From Thermodesulfobacteriota bacterium (GTDB lineage Bacteria > Desulfobacterota > BSN033 > UBA1163), in contig DASPPQ010000050.1 in assembly GCA_035625415.1 (NCBI GenBank), positions 6,405 through 70,404 on the forward strand: a DNA stretch of 64,000 bases, written 5' to 3'. A program made the position numbers and the translations under genes. Position 1 is the first letter of the stretch. Each line of letters starts with the position of its first letter. Positions 60,315 through 64,000 of this stretch are shown piece after piece. Below the pieces are notes generated by a model that saw only the letters and a program-made list of their open reading frames with translations, searched no databases and had not been told where the DNA came from.

Positions 60315-62210
60315 TCACGAAAATCGCGGCTTCCAAAACCGGACCGTTTCCTTCGTCCAAGGATACGGAATCGCCAACTCACCACACAGAATATAATCCC
60401 CTGGAAACTTAATTCCAAACTTGGCCAGATCAGGCATACACTCTGCGCTGCCCGAGGTTTCCAGGATAAATGCCCTTCTTAAGCGCTCCGGCGGCACCGA
60501 AGATAACGCCTTTTCCGCGAAATTACGCGACCCTTTATACCCACAATTGTACCAAGGATTTGCTGGCGATGTAGCCCCCAGCGCGAAAACAACCCCAGGC
60601 AAATCGAAGAAACCCAGCACATCATCGCCCGGCTTGAACCCGTTTTCTTCCGCCATGTGTCGCAGCCGGTTGAAAAATTCGCCCGTTTCTGGATCAAGCT
60701 TCAGAATGGTTGTTGGATATCCAATCCCCGTCGCTTGAGTTTGACCCAAAAGACCTGTGTTCAGCCGGTAGGGGCCGTACAAACAGCCAGATACAATCTG
60801 GACGCAGGCAAAACTGCCGATGATGAGCGCTCCCACGCCGAGGGCCAACCGATTCCTGAGCAACAATGCTAGCGCGGTCAAAAGTATCAGCAAGAGGCCA
60901 AACCATGACGCCATATACCACAAGGTGCTGACAAAGATGTAATTGCCCGTTCCGACTGCACCGACCAACGGCAGGAGAAACAAAATTCCACCAAACGAGA
61001 GGACTGGTAACAAATCGTGATGTCTGAGCCAATACATCAACCGTTGGCAATAAATCAAGACGGCAACGACGGCGGTAATCAGCAGCAGCAACCAGCTCAG
61101 GTAGAAACGGGTGATCAAAAAATAATGGCCCATACCCCCCAAATAAAAGCCTCGCCGATAAGATTGCCAAACGGCGATTGCAAATATTGACAATATTAAG
61201 ATCGAAGGCAACCAAGTCCTATCCCGCCATGCTTTTCGAAATAGAGTTAAAATCGTAAAGCCCAACACCAGTGCGACGTGGAGCATCCAAAAATCTCGAA
61301 TTGCAATCTTAGCCAGACGCCGGCATTCGCGAAGATAGCGGCCCAAGGCGGACGCATTGTAGCCATAGGTAGCATTTACCTCTAACCCGTTACGAAACCC
61401 TTTCCACCAGGTTGCAGGTGACTGAATAACGACGAAATGGAACAATAACCAAACGCTTACGCCGAGAATCACGAACCCGAGAGCACGCATCCGTATTTTC
61501 AGCGCCTGTCTGGGCCACACAGCTAGGACCAAACCAAACAAAGTGAAAAGCGATATGCCGGTAGAAAACTTGACGAAGAATGAAATTCCAATGCAGAGAC
61601 CTGCGGCAAACAACGCGAGCCTAACGGTGAAACATTTCCTGTTCAATGTTTCCAGTCCCGCCAGGGCGAAGAAGATCAAACCGCTGCACGTGGTTAGTGC
61701 AAAGGCGTTATGAGAGTTGTACGAAGGTGTAGCCAAAAACCATTCGTAATACAGCATCGCCCCCAAACATATTAAAGAGATCAATTCAAACTTAAACAGA
61801 ATGGTCTCCCCCCATGCCAGCTTAAACCGGTCTGCCAGACGTTGAAAACCCAGAAGAAACACACCAGCTGAAAGCAAGGTTAAACATAATCCTGCAAGCC
61901 TCAACGCGACGACGTTTCCGCCTGTCATGCGATACAACATAGATGTGTAGATGTGGGCCGTATTTACGAATATGTTTACCTCCGAAGGAAATTGAGAACT
62001 CAGGAGGTAGAAGCCTTCATCGGTGATATCAAACCCCTTATTGGACGCCCACATAAGAAAAACCACTGTAAACACAGCGAGTATGACTCCAATAAATCCC
62101 AGACCATCCCGGCGTATCACCGTAATCCAATTCGCCAAAGTCAGGCGTCTCCAATCAAAAAATCCCGATGGTCTCATGAAAACTCTTAATCCTTTTGGAC
62201 TGATATCCAT
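60315..62210 (-). CDS. Large polytopic membrane protein, candidate GT-C fold (ArnT/PMT/GtrC-like) glycosyltransferase or polymerase
   Basis: About 12 TM segments and a C-terminal soluble domain. A DITDEGFY 'DE' motif follows TM1 directly. The start may be ATG 62177. Confidence 0.4.
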   Translation of the reverse strand: MDISPKGLRVFMRPSGFFDWRRLTLANWITVIRRDGLGFIGVILAVFTVVFLMWASNKGFDITDEGFYLLSSQFPSEVNIFVNTAHIYTSMLYRMTGGNVVALRLAGLCLTLLSAGVFLLGFQRLADRFKLAWGETILFKFELISLICLGAMLYYEWFLATPSYNSHNAFALTTCSGLIFFALAGLETLNRKCFTVRLALFAAGLCIGISFFVKFSTGISLFTLFGLVLAVWPRQALKIRMRALGFVILGVSVWLLFHFVVIQSPATWWKGFRNGLEVNATYGYNASALGRYLRECRRLAKIAIRDFWMLHVALVLGFTILTLFRKAWRDRTWLPSILILSIFAIAVWQSYRRGFYLGGMGHYFLITRFYLSWLLLLITAVVAVLIYCQRLMYWLRHHDLLPVLSFGGILFLLPLVGAVGTGNYIFVSTLWYMASWFGLLLILLTALALLLRNRLALGVGALIIGSFACVQIVSGCLYGPYRLNTGLLGQTQATGIGYPTTILKLDPETGEFFNRLRHMAEENGFKPGDDVLGFFDLPGVVFALGATSPANPWYNCGYKGSRNFAEKALSSVPPERLRRAFILETSGSAECMPDLAKFGIKFPGDYILCGELAIPYPWTKETVRFWKPRFS

Positions 62211-63184
62211 TTTCTGTCAAATGTAAGATAAAATAGGCCTCCGGGAATCGACCAAAAAACACTAAGAATACGCCAATATAAGAATGTCTCGGCGCCAGCC
62301 TTCGAGCCCATCGCAGACCATCCTAAGGCAGCAATCAGTTCAGTCCAACCTATATTTCCGGGCGTCACTGGAATAATACCGATAAGGATAACGATTGAAG
62401 ATACAGCTGCCAATGTGATGACATTGGGGTGAATCTCAAATACGATTTGACCCAGGATGAGCAAACTTGTGAGGGAGGATAACTGGATCAAAAGACTTAT
62501 GAGAAAAGACCAAATAAGAATCCGACGGTTTTGGATGATCGCTCCAAAGCTATTTAGGAGACGATAGAACAGGTCCTTGAAAAAAAAATACTTTAGGATT
62601 GTGTTTATTTTTGTTTGTACCCATGGGTTCCTTCCTAAGAGAAACAGCATTCCGAAAAAAACTAAAATGATGCCAACAACACCCAAGATAATACGGGATT
62701 CATAGCGGTAGGCAGATAAGAGGGCATCTTTCTGCCATAGGACATAAATAAGGGAGGCAGCAGCAATAGAGAGAAGCGCCATCAATCCAAAAATCCGGTC
62801 CATGATGATGATTCCTGCGCTTTGCCCCTTGCTTCTATCCTCGTGTTTAAAAAGATAAAACCCCTTAACCAAGTCTCCTCCAATCATGCCCGGAATAACC
62901 ATATTAAAAAAATTCCCAATCATAATTAGTCTAAAAGTGTTCAGGAAATGAAGCGGGAAATTGATCGCCTTTAACAGAAGAAAAAAACGGAAGGCATAGA
63001 GCAATTGAGCTGACACAAAGAAACAACTGGACACCCCAATCAGGAGGAGGTTATCTACCTTAAATAACTTAATAAAGCTTTCTTTCGTTAACCAGTCATT
63101 TCTGAATAGGTAGAAAACGACAAAAAAGGCGATCCCTATTTTTAAACATGTGATCAAGGTCTTTCTTACTTTTGTTTTCTCCAT
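62186..63184 (-). CDS. UPF0104 / flippase-like (LPG-synthase TM type) membrane protein
   Basis: 332-aa polytopic protein whose N-terminus (KTLITCLKIGIAFFVVFYLF) is typical of this family. Confidence 0.5.
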   Translation of the reverse strand: MEKTKVRKTLITCLKIGIAFFVVFYLFRNDWLTKESFIKLFKVDNLLLIGVSSCFFVSAQLLYAFRFFLLLKAINFPLHFLNTFRLIMIGNFFNMVIPGMIGGDLVKGFYLFKHEDRSKGQSAGIIIMDRIFGLMALLSIAAASLIYVLWQKDALLSAYRYESRIILGVVGIILVFFGMLFLLGRNPWVQTKINTILKYFFFKDLFYRLLNSFGAIIQNRRILIWSFLISLLIQLSSLTSLLILGQIVFEIHPNVITLAAVSSIVILIGIIPVTPGNIGWTELIAALGWSAMGSKAGAETFLYWRILSVFWSIPGGLFYLTFDRKWISVQKD

Positions 63185-63201
63185 AATTCAAAAGGGGGTG
63201 C

Positions 63202-63864
63202 TCACCGAACTTTATAGACAGAAATATCGTACGGCCAACTTCTCGGCAATTTACCCTCTACAAACTCAGGAAAACCAGCTTGTCTCAGCATGTGTTCAAA
63301 CTTGTTTCGATGACGGATCCAACGCCCGCGGTCAAACCGTACTAAAAATTTACCAAACCAATCCCATTTCCTCTGATCTCGAAAGGGCTCTACAAGGATC
63401 AACTTTCCATTCGGCTTGAGGCAACGCTTGATTTCACGAAGAGTGCGTAACATTTCGTCATCCGAGAGGTGGTGTAACATGAAAAGTGCAAAGACCGTAT
63501 TAAACATTTGCGACTTAAAGGGTAGACAAACACTGGTGGAAAGTGCAAAATGAGGCCGATGATCAATTCTCAGGCAATGGTTCAGATATTCAAGGTTGAT
63601 ATCAATGGCTACGTAGAAATTGGCAGTATTCAAAAAGTGTTTCTGAAATTGCCCTGTCCCGCATCCGATCTCCAGAATAGTCTCTGTTGCTTCTTGGGCG
63701 ATTATTCTGCCAAGGAATCCATGAAGGGCTTTTCCCCGGCCACCAACGCCAAACAGGCTTACAACCGCATTAAAAATGTGGGGGTTTTCCAAGGTTCGAT
63801 GGAGAATTTTCATCAGCCCGTTGGTCTGCATTTTTAGACTTCGCCTTTTCTCACCTTCATGCAA
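63202..63864 (-). CDS. Class I SAM-dependent methyltransferase
   Basis: ILEIGCGTGQF motif I. The start may be ATG 63831. Confidence 0.7.
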   Translation of the reverse strand: MHEGEKRRSLKMQTNGLMKILHRTLENPHIFNAVVSLFGVGGRGKALHGFLGRIIAQEATETILEIGCGTGQFQKHFLNTANFYVAIDINLEYLNHCLRIDHRPHFALSTSVCLPFKSQMFNTVFALFMLHHLSDDEMLRTLREIKRCLKPNGKLILVEPFRDQRKWDWFGKFLVRFDRGRWIRHRNKFEHMLRQAGFPEFVEGKLPRSWPYDISVYKVR

Positions 63865-64000
63865 CCAATTTCTCTACTGGTTATAGTTTATGTCCGAATA
63901 GAAACACACGGGTAGTTAAGCTAAGACAGGATGGCCCTCAGACCCTGATAATACTCTTTGATCTTAGAAAATTTAATTCGTTTGAACTCTTGATAAATAA

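Overview
This 64-kb window is a chromosomal segment from a Gram-negative bacterium, probably environmental. The call rests on lptE, murJ, a heptose-kinase gene and Wzx/GT4 polysaccharide genes. I could not assign a phylum with confidence. About 56 of roughly 61 genes lie on the minus strand. In order, the content is as follows. First is a partial coxM-like FAD subunit plus a coxS-like 2Fe-2S subunit of a molybdo-hydroxylase. Then come mmsA and two paralogous LivKHMGF-type ABC importer operons, separated by an XRE regulator and a plus-strand MFS transporter. Next are a PP-loop ATPase (TtcA-like), an endonuclease III family glycosylase, and a YbhGFSR-like exporter (HlyD, two separate ATPases, two ABC-2 permeases). 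After relA/spoT (plus), rpmB, an FAD oxidoreductase, murJ, rpsT (plus), holA, an rlmL-like gene, epmA-efp, lptE and leuS, there is an argG-argD-argB cluster, then hslVU and xerC. An orphan dodecin gene (plus) sits downstream of the xerC start. The 3' third of the window (44-64 kb) is a surface polysaccharide/LPS locus. It holds RfaE-I heptose kinase, a WbpP-like epimerase, an MBOAT/AlgJ-like O-acetylation pair, GT2 + DUF2304 + a GT-C-like membrane protein (Gtr-like module), two GT4 enzymes, Wzx, an FdtA-like cupin next to a DegT aminotransferase, and five SAM methyltransferases. I found no CRISPR array, tRNA or rRNA, and no prophage. The most unusual signals are in non-coding DNA, not in any gene. 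One is a dispersed family of composite palindromic elements: a GC hairpin 'CCCCTCTCC..GGAGAGGGG(TGGGGTGAGGGG)', in some copies flanked by AT-rich 'CAAATCCCAAA / TTTGGGATTT' inverted arms, present at 10 or more intergenic sites. Another is a roughly 140-190 bp inverted-repeat pair that brackets leuS-argG and replaces the 5' end of lptE. A third is tandem CGTG/CACGG heptamer arrays in the arg-hslUV intergenic regions. ORF-track starts include TTG/GTG codons, and several long ORFs are over-extended through these repeats. Corrected starts are given in the feature list.
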